From the NCBI GenBank assembly GCA_035688655.1, contig DASSMT010000317.1, forward strand, positions 647 through 64,646: 64,000 nt of DNA. Direction: 5' to 3'. Positions within the stretch are counted from its first letter, which is position 1; the number at the start of each line of letters is the position of its first letter. Under the pieces are notes generated by a model. The model was not told the origin of the DNA. It saw only the letters and a list, made by a program, of their open reading frames with translations, and made no database searches. This document shows, piece by piece, positions 21,039-29,782 of the stretch. The translations under genes were made by a program, and so were the position numbers. This DNA comes from Polyangiaceae bacterium (GTDB lineage: Bacteria; Myxococcota_A; Polyangia; Polyangiales; Polyangiaceae).

Positions 21039-22514
21039 TCAAGACTGCGATTGAGATTGGGACTGAAAGCCGGTGTCGTTGGAAAGCACCCAGGTGTCTT
21101 TGCTGCCACCGCCCTGCGATGAGTTCACGACCAAGGATCCCTTCTTCAGGGCGACACGCGTGAGGCCACCGGGTTGCACGTAGATGTCCTCGCCGTACAG
21201 CACGTACGGACGCAGGTCCACGTGCCGGCTCTCGAACCGGTCACCGATGATGGTCGGGACGCGCGATAGGGAGAGCGTCGGCTGGGCGATGTAACCGCGA
21301 GGATTTTTGTTGATGCGCCCAGTGAAGTCCAGTTGTTCCTCGGCCGTCGAATGCGGACCGATCAGCATGCCGTAGCCACCCGCGCCGTCCGTGGCTTTGA
21401 CCACGAGCTCGGGCAAGTGTTCGAGCACGTAATTTCGATCCTTCTCGTCGCTGCACACGTACGTGGGCACGTTGGGAATGATCGCGTCTTCGTCCAGGTA
21501 ATACTTGATGATGCGCTCGACGTAGCGATAGATCGCCTTGTCGTCGGCGACGCCCGTGCCCGGCGCGTTGGCCAGCGCCACGCGACCGTTCAGGAACACG
21601 TCCATCACGCCCGGGATGCCCAGCAGTGATTCCGGCCGAAAAACCAGCGGATCCAGGAAATCATCGCCGACGCGGCGGTAGATCACGTCCACGCGCTCGA
21701 AGCCCTCGGTCGTGCGCATCTGCACGAAGCCATCGCGCACGACCAGGTCTTGAGGTTCGACCAATTCGACCCCCATCTGTTGTGCGAGGAACGCGTGCTC
21801 GTAGTAAGCGCTGTTGTAGCGCCCGGGCGTGAGCACGACGACTTGCGGATCGTCACGCCGATCCGAGGCCAAGTAGCGCAGGGTCTCGAGCAACCTGAGC
21901 GGGTAGTCATCCACGGGCCTGATCGACATTTGCTCGAAGACGCGCGGGAGAGTGCGCTTCAAGATCGCGCGATTCTCCAGCACGTAGCTGACGCCCGAAG
22001 GGCAGCGCAGGTTGTCTTCGAGCACGTAGAATTCGCCGTTCTTGTGGCGCACCAGATCCGTGCCGACGATGTGGCACCAGATCCCTCGCGGCGGCTTCAT
22101 CCCGATGCATTGCGGGCGAAAGTCCGGGCACGTCTTGACCAGCTCTTCCGGAACGACTTTGTCCTTCAGGATCTTCTGCTCGCCATACACGTCGCACAGG
22201 AACAAGTTGAGCGCTTCGATGCGCTGACGCAGCCCGCGATCGATTCGTTCCCACTCTTTGGCTGCGACCACGCGTGGAATGACATCGAATGGAAAGATGC
22301 GCTCGGAGCTCCCGCCATCACCGTACAGGGTGAAGGTGATGCCCATGCTCAGCAGCGCGCGCTCTGCGGCGGCCTGGCGCATCAAGAGCGAACCGTTTTC
22401 GAGCGCGTTGATGCCATTGACGAGCGGCTCGAAGCCCGGCCGGGGAACGCCCGGGGCTGCGAATGTCTCGTCGTAGAACGGACCGTTTTGGGGGTCGTAA
22501 CCGTCGAACTTCAT
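21039..22514 (-). CDS. Circularly permuted type-2 ATP-grasp ligase
   Basis: VLEDNLRCPSGVSY, VIYRRV, HVDLRPY, VVNSSQGGGSKDTWV. Confidence 0.92.
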   Translation of the reverse strand: MKFDGYDPQNGPFYDETFAAPGVPRPGFEPLVNGINALENGSLLMRQAAAERALLSMGITFTLYGDGGSSERIFPFDVIPRVVAAKEWERIDRGLRQRIEALNLFLCDVYGEQKILKDKVVPEELVKTCPDFRPQCIGMKPPRGIWCHIVGTDLVRHKNGEFYVLEDNLRCPSGVSYVLENRAILKRTLPRVFEQMSIRPVDDYPLRLLETLRYLASDRRDDPQVVVLTPGRYNSAYYEHAFLAQQMGVELVEPQDLVVRDGFVQMRTTEGFERVDVIYRRVGDDFLDPLVFRPESLLGIPGVMDVFLNGRVALANAPGTGVADDKAIYRYVERIIKYYLDEDAIIPNVPTYVCSDEKDRNYVLEHLPELVVKATDGAGGYGMLIGPHSTAEEQLDFTGRINKNPRGYIAQPTLSLSRVPTIIGDRFESRHVDLRPYVLYGEDIYVQPGGLTRVALKKGSLVVNSSQGGGSKDTWVLSNDTGFQSQSQSQS

Positions 22515-22697
22515 GAGCTTTCCGTAAGCGCTCGGCCGTTGAACTTTGAGGAAACGAGAAAGTCCGGAACCCTTGCCCAGAACTGAGCACGAACTAATGC
22601 CGCCCCGTGGATCGCGACGCTTTCAGTCATGTTTCTGACTCGTGTCACCGGTTTCGTAGCAGGTTTCGGCTGGCTACTGGAGACCGCTCGAGATGCG

Positions 22698-22727
22698 TTG
22701 ACAACCCCGCCGCGGCGAACATACCAT
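22698..22727 (+). promoter_or_regulatory. sigma70-type promoter
   Basis: TTGACA (22698-22703), 18-nt spacer, TACCAT (22722-22727). Confidence 0.6.
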
Positions 22728-22733
22728 CCGGCC

Positions 22734-22886
22734 CTCAGGGATGTTGTCCGCCTTCTCGTGTCTCGAGCACCGTAGCTCGCTTTGCGCCGTCATTTGGACG
22801 AAGAAGGTCGTTGTGTAACACGGAAGGGTAACATCGCATTGATTGGCGAACGCCCTTCCGGTCCCCGGTAGGGCGTTTCGCTTTTG
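22734..22886 (+). promoter_or_regulatory. Structured leader: candidate attenuator/riboswitch (or stand-alone sRNA)
   Basis: Stems 22740-49/22826-35, 22750-59/22798-808, 22764-68/22775-79; 25-aa uORF 22741-22818; terminator vs antiterminator. Confidence 0.55.
22846..22885 (+). terminator. Intrinsic terminator
   Basis: GCGAACGCCCT.CCGG-TCC-CCGG.AGGGCGTTTCGC followed by TTTT. Confidence 0.7.
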
Positions 22887-22920
22887 TGGCCTTGCGAGAG
22901 CAAGGCGGAGCCGAGACCCC

Positions 22921-23433
22921 ATGACTCTAGTCGTTGAGCTTCGCGATTTCAAAAAGGACCCGCGCCGGCCCGTCAGCTGTTGCTGGCAACGCAGTCTGGA
23001 GTTGTTGTGCGCGCAGCGCTTCCGTGTTGCGTGCATGGTTCTCCTGGGCGTCGCTCTCGGCTATCCAGTCGACAGCGGCTGGGTAGCGCGGGACGGTGTG
23101 TTGGCCTCGCTCTGTGACGTGCTCACGGCAGCGGTGTCTGCCACCCTCGCCCTGGCGTGCGACGCATGCGACGGGCTCGGCGCGTTGCTGAGCGACCCGC
23201 CGAGTCCGATGCTCGGACTTTCGGCGCGGCTGAACGGCTGCTTCGGGGAACCGCTGCTGGCGTTCGACACTTGCCCTGCGGGCCGCCCATTTCCCACGTT
23301 TTCCGGGCTGCGGCTGTGCGCACTCGGGGTATGTGCGTTGCTTCTGTTCGGCTGCGGCATGGCTCGCCGCGAGCCAGTGGGCCCCGACGCACGATCTCGA
23401 AAACTCCGGGTTGGCCCGACAAGCGGTGTATAG
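22921..23433 (+). CDS. Hypothetical Cys-rich hydrophobic (membrane) protein
   Basis: ATG 22921 after GGAG; GC-rich third positions; about 3 hydrophobic stretches; ends 11 nt before the GH5 start. Confidence 0.45.
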   Translation: MTLVVELRDFKKDPRRPVSCCWQRSLELLCAQRFRVACMVLLGVALGYPVDSGWVARDGVLASLCDVLTAAVSATLALACDACDGLGALLSDPPSPMLGLSARLNGCFGEPLLAFDTCPAGRPFPTFSGLRLCALGVCALLLFGCGMARREPVGPDARSRKLRVGPTSGV

Positions 23434-23444
23434 GCGGCTCGCGC

Positions 23445-24791
23445 ATGACATTCCGCTCGCGTTTGCGTGGCCGTGCCCGGCTCGGCCTCTTCGCCGCATG
23501 CGTCGGCGCGGGCTGCGCGGCTCCGCACACGCCGCCCGCGCGCAGCGCGTCGCAGGTCGCCGTGAACGCGCCCACGAACTTCGAGCTCGACGGCAAACCG
23601 TTTTGCTTCGTGGGCGCGAACAACTACTACCTCGCTTACGCTCCCCACCCCATGGTGGACGACGTGCTCGAGAGCGCCCGCGCAATGGGCGTGAAGGTCG
23701 TGCGCACTTGGGGCTTCATCGACCGCGGCTCGCTCGACGGCCGCGTGCGCAGTATCGACGGCGATGGGACGAAGCGCGGCTTCTATTTTCAGGCCTGGGA
23801 TCCGCTGGCAAAGCGCGCGATTTTCAACGACGGGCCCAACGGGCTCTCGGGGCTCGACTATGCGCTGGCCAAGGCAGGCCAATTGGGACTCAAGCTGGTG
23901 TTGGTGTTGACCAACAATTGGCCGGAGTTCGGCGGGATGGATCAATATCTGGCGTGGTTCGGGCTCTCTACACATTCGGACTTCTACCGAGACGCCCGCG
24001 TGCGTCAGGCCTACCGCGCGTACCTCGAGCATTTGGCCTTGCGCGTGAACGGCATCACGAACCGCGTCTATCGCGAGGACCCCACGATTTTCGCCTGGGA
24101 GCTCGCCAACGAACCGCGCGGCTCCGTCGGCACTCCGAGTGGCGTCGTGACCGGCTGGGCGGGCGAGATGTCGAGCTACTTGAAGTCGATCGACCCGAAC
24201 CACTTGGTCGCTGTCGGCGACGAAGGCTTCCTCGACGGCGAGAGTGAGCACTGGACGTACCACGCCGACAACGGCATCGATCACCGAGCGCTGACCGCAT
24301 TGCCGAACGTCGACTACGGCACCTATCACCTGTATCCGGAAGCGTGGGGCACCGGGTTTGGCTGGAGCGAGCGCTGGCTCGACGACCACCTGCGCGTGGC
24401 ACGCGAGCTCGGGAAGCCCAGCGTGCTCGAAGAGTACGGGCTGACGGTGACGCGGGACCGGCTGGGGCGCGTCAGTGACGGCCTACCGCTTCGGCTCGAG
24501 AACTACCGCGCCTGGAACGAGCGTGTGCTCGCGCACGGTGGAAACGCGGCCATGTTCTGGCTGCTGGTCGGCAGAGACAGCGAGCATGGCGGCGTCTACC
24601 CCGACTACGATCGGTTCAGCGTCTATCGAGGCGACGAGACGGCCGATCTCTTGAGCCGCTTCGCCCGGCGCTTCGCCGAAAACGCACCCGCGTGCGCGGA
24701 CGCCGGGGCGGCTGGCAACGGATTGCCTTCAGCCTTCGTGCGCGTGCGGCGGCAAACGAAGGGTGGCGCTGTTCACGCGGACTCCGACTGA
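23445..24791 (+). CDS. GH5 endo-beta-mannanase-like lipoprotein
   Basis: Lipobox GAGC; FVGANNYY, FGGMDQY, AWELANEPR (acid/base), HLYP, LEEYG (nucleophile). Confidence 0.85.
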   Translation: MTFRSRLRGRARLGLFAACVGAGCAAPHTPPARSASQVAVNAPTNFELDGKPFCFVGANNYYLAYAPHPMVDDVLESARAMGVKVVRTWGFIDRGSLDGRVRSIDGDGTKRGFYFQAWDPLAKRAIFNDGPNGLSGLDYALAKAGQLGLKLVLVLTNNWPEFGGMDQYLAWFGLSTHSDFYRDARVRQAYRAYLEHLALRVNGITNRVYREDPTIFAWELANEPRGSVGTPSGVVTGWAGEMSSYLKSIDPNHLVAVGDEGFLDGESEHWTYHADNGIDHRALTALPNVDYGTYHLYPEAWGTGFGWSERWLDDHLRVARELGKPSVLEEYGLTVTRDRLGRVSDGLPLRLENYRAWNERVLAHGGNAAMFWLLVGRDSEHGGVYPDYDRFSVYRGDETADLLSRFARRFAENAPACADAGAAGNGLPSAFVRVRRQTKGGAVHADSD

Positions 24792-24793
24792 AG

Positions 24794-27700
24794 CTACGGA
24801 GTCGTGTTCGTGCACATTACGTCGGCGATCGTCGTATAGCCGTCGTAGCCCGTGGTCTCTCCCGGCGCGGAGGCGGGATCGGTGATGATCGTATACGACG
24901 TCATCATGCCGACAGAGCCGTCGTTTTGACCGGTCACGGTCACGGTCTGTGGTTTGTCCCAGCTGCCGGTCCCCGAAGGCTTGAAGGTCACCGAGTCGAC
25001 CGAAATCAAGCCGGCGGTCGGTGTGTCGCTGTGTAAGGGGATGGTGACGTTGGCGCTCGGCTGCGAGCTCAGGCTGATGCTGAAGGTCGCCGTAGCGCCC
25101 GGCGTCGTTGCGCAGGTCGTCGGCGTGACCACTACGCCGATCGCGTCGTCGTTCACGTTGATCAGAGTGATAGGCGATGGCTCGGGGGCTTTGTAGTCCG
25201 GGTCGGCCATGAACGTAATCTTGTAGCTGACGTCTCCGTCCGCCTTCTTGTCGTCGACACCGGTGACCGTCACCGTTTGCGGCACGTTCCAATCGCTCGC
25301 GCTGAAGAGCAGCGAGCTGGGCGAAACTTTGCCCTCGCTCGTGTTGGTGCTGCTGATGCCAAGGGTCACGGTGGAAGGACTTGCGGGCTGCGACGTGAGC
25401 ACGACGGTGAATGTCACCGAGTCGCCCTTTTCCGTGGTCTGGTTCGACGCAGGACCGCTGACCAGATAACCGACTTGATCGTCATCGACATTTTGCGCTG
25501 GTAGCTGCATGCCGAACATGCCGCTGTAGTCCGAGTCCATGCTCATCGCGTTGGCGAGCCGCACTTCGTAGGCTTGATTGCCGTCGGCGACGCTGTCGTC
25601 CACACCGGTGACGGTCACCGTTTGCGGTGTCGACCAGTTGCTCGGGGTGAACACGAGCGTGCTCGGCGAGACTTTGCCCTCCGAAGTCATGCTACTGCTC
25701 ACAGCGATGCTCACGTTGTAGCCACCTTTCGGCTGCGACTTGAGCGCGACCGTGAACTTGGCTGTGCCTCCGTATTCCGTCGTCGTCAGAGTGGGGGGCG
25801 CTTGGACGTCGATCCCGGGGACGTCGTCGTCTTCGTTGATGAACGGCAAATCAGTCGCAAATTTTCCGGCATAGTTCTTATCCGCCGGACTGTCGGCGTT
25901 GCTCAAGTGCACGGTGTAGTCCTGGTCTCCGTCGGCCTCGGCGTCATCCAGGCCGGTGACGGTCACGATCTGCGCCGTCTTCCAGTTGCTCGAGGTGAAG
26001 GTGAGCGTGCCCGGCGAGACCTTCCCTTCACTGGAGTCCGTGACACTCAACATGAACGACACCTCACCCGCCGGCTTCGACTTGAGAGCCACGGTGAACG
26101 TGCTCTTTCCGCCTTTCTCCGTGGTGTGCGCCGGCGTTTGAGTCGGTGTGGGCGTGATCACCAGGCCGGCGCTGTCGTCATCGATGTTGGTGACCGCAAC
26201 GTCCCGCGATTGGTTGTTGTAGTTCGCATCGGTGCTCTGTGAGAGCAGGTTGACCAAGTACGGTTGGTCACCGTCGGCGACGTCGTCGTCCAAGCCGGTC
26301 ACGGTCACGGTTTGCGCCGAGCGCCAATTCACGGCCGTGAACGTGAGGCTCGTGGGACTCACGCTGCCCTCGGCCGGCTTGCTGCTGGTAAGGTAGAACT
26401 TCACGCTCGTGCCTGCGCCCGCCGCGTCGACCGGCTTCGACCTGAGCGCGATGGTGAACGTGGCTTTGCCGCCCTTTTCGGTCGTGACCAGACCCGAAGT
26501 CGGATTGACGGTGATGCCCGCGCTGTCGTTGTCCTGGTTGGTGACGCTGACGTCCGCTGGGTCGATGTTCTTGTACAGCTGGTCCGCGCTGTTGCTGGCA
26601 GGGCTGAGCACGATCTTGTAGGGCTGGTCGCCGTCCTGAGCGCCGTCGTCTTCTTGTCCGGTCACGGTGACGATCTGATTGGCGTTCCAGTTCGCTTCCG
26701 TGAACGTGACACTGCTCACGTTCGGCTTGCCTTCGGCTTCGTTGCTGCTCTTGATGCCAATCGTGACGTCGGCGGACGGCTTCGATTGCAGGCGAATCGA
26801 GAACGAGTCGCTCTTGCCGCCCTCCGAGGTAACGAGCCCTTTCTGCGGAGCGACGAACACGCCGGGCGTGTCGTTGTCGATGTTGATCAGCTGCACCTGC
26901 GACGCGAACTTGCCGTCGAAGTTCGGATCCGTGCTGCGCGCGGGACCGATATTGATGACGTACGGCTGGTTGCCGTCGACGGTACTGTCGTCCTCGACAC
27001 CCGCGATGGTCACCGTTTGGGGTGCGCTGTAGTTCTCCCGCGTGAACACGAATGTCGAGGTCCAGAGCGAGCCTTCATTGATGTTGCTCGAGCTCAGTGA
27101 AATCGTCACGTCATCCGTCGGCCGTGAGCTGAGCGCGAGGGTGAAGGTCGCGGTCGCGCCTCCTTCATCGGTCATCAGCCGGTTCGGCACGCCGGGATCG
27201 ATACCCTTCACCAAGACCACCTTCACGCCCGCGCTGTCGTTGTCCTGGTTGGTCACCAGAACGTCGGGGGGATCGAGCGCGTACGCCGGATCACCGAGGG
27301 AATCCGGGTCGACCCTGGTGGTCACGTAGAATTGCGGGCTGCCATCCTGCTCCTGCTCGTGCCCCGGGGGATCGTCTTGTCCCTTCACGCTCACGATCTG
27401 CGGCGCGCTCCAATTGTCGGGCGTGAACGTGAGCACCCCTGGGCTGACCTTCGCTTCCGTGGGCAAGCCACTGGCCACCTGAACGCTCACGGGACCGCTC
27501 GGCTGCGAGTTGAGTGCGAGCGAGAAGGTCGCCGTCGCGCCGTCTTCGCTGGTGAGCAGCTGGCCCGCGTGCTGTGGGTCGATGCCCGAGAGCAGCATCA
27601 ACGTGAAACCCGGCTTGTCGGCGTCGACGTTGGTGACCGGCACATCCGTCTCGGGCAGCGCAACGTACCCGGGATCACCGTCAGTGGGCGATTTGAGCAC

Positions 27701-28786
27701 GATCAGATACGGCTGGTCGCCATCAGCCCGATGCTCCAAGTCTTCCACCCCCATCACGGTCACGACTTGCGGCGCGTTCCAGTTGTCCGGCGTGAAGGTG
27801 AGGCTCGCGGGGCTGACCGTGCCTTCGCTTTCCGTATCGCTATAGACCTGAATCTCCACGTTCGTCGACGGGAGTGAATTCAACGCGACGGAGAACGTCG
27901 CCGAATCACCGCGCTCGCTGGTACGGAGCTTGGTCGGGTCGTTCGGATCGAGTCCGCTGAGCAACGCAACCGTCAGCCCCGCGGTGTCGTTGTCTTGGTT
28001 GACCACGTCGACGTTGACCGGTGCGACATGGGCATAGGTTTCATCTTCGCTCTTGGTGGTGACGGCGATCTTGTACGGGTGCGGCCCGTCCGGGACCGGG
28101 CCATCATCGACACCTGTAACCGTCACCAACTGCGGAGCCATCCAGTTCACGGTGGTGAAAAGCAGGCTCTCCGGACTCACCGTGCCTTCGTCCGGCGTGT
28201 CGCTCTTGAGCTCGATGGTGACGTCTTTGCCCGGCTTCGAATTGAGCACGACGGTGAAGGTATCTTGCCCGCCCGCTTCGCTGGTCACGAGCCCCGACCT
28301 GGGCACGACCGTGATGCCCGCGGTCTCGTTGTCCACATTCACGAGCTCGAGATCGATCGGATTCTTGCGGTTGTAGGACGGGTCTTCGCTGACCGCCGGA
28401 TCGGTGATGATCTTGTAGCTGCGGCTCCCGTCCATCAGCGTGTCATCCACGCCGGTGACGGTGACGACCTGCGGCGCTCTCCAATCTTCCGTGCTGAAGG
28501 TCACACTGCTGGGAGAAACCGTGCCCTCATCGGTATTACTGCTCCTGATAGCCACGGTCACCGGCCCCGTCGGCTGGTGGTCGCAAACGATCGTGAACGT
28601 CGCTTTCCCACCCCACTCCGTGGTGAACAGACCTTTGGTCGGAGAAAGCAGGATTGGCCCGGTCTGGGCGCCAAAGGCGCCGTCGTCGACCCTGAATTCA
28701 CCGTAGAATTTCTGGCAGCTGAAGACCGAGATCAGCACCAGGAAAAGGAGCCCCAACACTCGCTGCCACATCCCGAAGCGACTCAT
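24794..28786 (-). CDS. Large lipoprotein of 11 tandem Calx-beta/Ig-like repeats
   Basis: Lipobox VFSC; repeat T.E.G...F.V.L.S.P...EG.V.P..L.FT..NW..PQ.VTV.G.DD...DG...Y. Confidence 0.82.
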   Translation of the reverse strand: MSRFGMWQRVLGLLFLVLISVFSCQKFYGEFRVDDGAFGAQTGPILLSPTKGLFTTEWGGKATFTIVCDHQPTGPVTVAIRSSNTDEGTVSPSSVTFSTEDWRAPQVVTVTGVDDTLMDGSRSYKIITDPAVSEDPSYNRKNPIDLELVNVDNETAGITVVPRSGLVTSEAGGQDTFTVVLNSKPGKDVTIELKSDTPDEGTVSPESLLFTTVNWMAPQLVTVTGVDDGPVPDGPHPYKIAVTTKSEDETYAHVAPVNVDVVNQDNDTAGLTVALLSGLDPNDPTKLRTSERGDSATFSVALNSLPSTNVEIQVYSDTESEGTVSPASLTFTPDNWNAPQVVTVMGVEDLEHRADGDQPYLIVLKSPTDGDPGYVALPETDVPVTNVDADKPGFTLMLLSGIDPQHAGQLLTSEDGATATFSLALNSQPSGPVSVQVASGLPTEAKVSPGVLTFTPDNWSAPQIVSVKGQDDPPGHEQEQDGSPQFYVTTRVDPDSLGDPAYALDPPDVLVTNQDNDSAGVKVVLVKGIDPGVPNRLMTDEGGATATFTLALSSRPTDDVTISLSSSNINEGSLWTSTFVFTRENYSAPQTVTIAGVEDDSTVDGNQPYVINIGPARSTDPNFDGKFASQVQLINIDNDTPGVFVAPQKGLVTSEGGKSDSFSIRLQSKPSADVTIGIKSSNEAEGKPNVSSVTFTEANWNANQIVTVTGQEDDGAQDGDQPYKIVLSPASNSADQLYKNIDPADVSVTNQDNDSAGITVNPTSGLVTTEKGGKATFTIALRSKPVDAAGAGTSVKFYLTSSKPAEGSVSPTSLTFTAVNWRSAQTVTVTGLDDDVADGDQPYLVNLLSQSTDANYNNQSRDVAVTNIDDDSAGLVITPTPTQTPAHTTEKGGKSTFTVALKSKPAGEVSFMLSVTDSSEGKVSPGTLTFTSSNWKTAQIVTVTGLDDAEADGDQDYTVHLSNADSPADKNYAGKFATDLPFINEDDDVPGIDVQAPPTLTTTEYGGTAKFTVALKSQPKGGYNVSIAVSSSMTSEGKVSPSTLVFTPSNWSTPQTVTVTGVDDSVADGNQAYEVRLANAMSMDSDYSGMFGMQLPAQNVDDDQVGYLVSGPASNQTTEKGDSVTFTVVLTSQPASPSTVTLGISSTNTSEGKVSPSSLLFSASDWNVPQTVTVTGVDDKKADGDVSYKITFMADPDYKAPEPSPITLINVNDDAIGVVVTPTTCATTPGATATFSISLSSQPSANVTIPLHSDTPTAGLISVDSVTFKPSGTGSWDKPQTVTVTGQNDGSVGMMTSYTIITDPASAPGETTGYDGYTTIADVMCTNTTP

Positions 28787-29772
28787 CAGAAGCTCCCCAC
28801 GGCACCCACGCTGCCGATCCCCAAGTACGGGCGAACCACGACCGCTTTTGCCGGCGCCGGCTGGCTCGTGTCGCGATTCACGAGCCAGAGCGTGAGCGCC
28901 ACCGCGGCGCTCGCACCAGCGACGCCAAAGGCGATATTCGAAGTCCGATACAACCTCGTGTACGCAGTCACCGTGTCACTCTGCGCCGATTGACACCGGA
29001 GCTCAGAATCGCAAATCGGGCTCAGGTCCGAGCCTTTGCTGAGAGCGAAGGCGCCGCTGATGGCGCCCACGGCCAGACCCGCAGCGGAAACGCCCAACGC
29101 CACGTACACCGCAGTCTGATCGTGCCGCTTGACGGCTGTCGGCTCGGGCGGCGGTGCTTGTACGGGCGCCACCGGCTCCTGCTGATCGGGATCCGGCTCG
29201 AGCCTGAACGTGGCAGCTTCTTCTGCGCCCTCCATCAGAGCGATGGTCCGCTCTTGGCTGCGGAAGCCTTTGGCCACGACGCGCACGGAAAGCGCGCCCG
29301 GGTTCACGGCGCGGCGAACACCGATCGCCGCCTGCGGCACCGTAACGCCATCGATCGTGACGTGCGCATCTGGCGCGCCTTCGACCGATATCGTGAGCCA
29401 AGGCAAACGCGGCTTGAGTTGAACCAGTTCGGCGCCGGCGTCCGTCAGGGCGCGGTGCCAAGATTTGGGTGCCTTGGGCTCGACGCCTTCGCGGATGATT
29501 TGCTCATAGCGTTCTTGCGCCTCGACCAACTTACCGAGTCCGGCCAGCGAGCGCGCCCAGTCGATCATCAAGGTCGGTGCGTGCACGAGCGCATCTGCGC
29601 GGCTGAAACGGTCGACGGCAGTAGCGTAGTCCTTGGCTTGGAGTGCTTGGTAACCCTCGCCCGCCAGCGAGCGCGCCGTGGCACGGTCAGCCGCGCTCGG
29701 CTCGGCCCAACTCGACCCCACCCAAAGCAAGCACATGCCGAGGCTCGACCAAAACGAAAGCTTGCGTGTCAT
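28786..29772 (-). CDS. TPR + PEGA-like domain membrane protein
   Basis: Signal peptide, helical TPR-like N-terminus, VTIDG PEGA-like strand, two C-terminal hydrophobic segments. Confidence 0.75.
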   Translation of the reverse strand: MTRKLSFWSSLGMCLLWVGSSWAEPSAADRATARSLAGEGYQALQAKDYATAVDRFSRADALVHAPTLMIDWARSLAGLGKLVEAQERYEQIIREGVEPKAPKSWHRALTDAGAELVQLKPRLPWLTISVEGAPDAHVTIDGVTVPQAAIGVRRAVNPGALSVRVVAKGFRSQERTIALMEGAEEAATFRLEPDPDQQEPVAPVQAPPPEPTAVKRHDQTAVYVALGVSAAGLAVGAISGAFALSKGSDLSPICDSELRCQSAQSDTVTAYTRLYRTSNIAFGVAGASAAVALTLWLVNRDTSQPAPAKAVVVRPYLGIGSVGAVGSF

Positions 29773-29782
29773 CGACCCTCGT

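Noticed and set aside
22586-22603. sigma54-like site upstream of the ATP-grasp operon (CGGCATTAGTTCGTGCT, - strand)
   Set aside because: GG-to-GC spacing is 11 nt rather than the required 10.
22734-22886. Leader RNA as a glnA/glutamine riboswitch, 6S, SRP or other known RNA
   Set aside because: Only superficial CGUUG...GGAAG similarity; conserved cores of these families were not recognisable by eye. An Rfam search is needed.
22674-23036. - strand ORF MHATRKRC... with an apparent AGGAGA RBS
   Set aside because: No recognisable protein features; it runs antisense through the + strand promoter, leader and terminator. Not fully excluded.
23061-23360. 99-aa Ser/Pro/Asn-rich - strand ORF as a precursor peptide for the ATP-grasp operon
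   Set aside because: Shares wobble positions with the + strand ORF 22921-23433, the typical shadow-frame composition; no SD.
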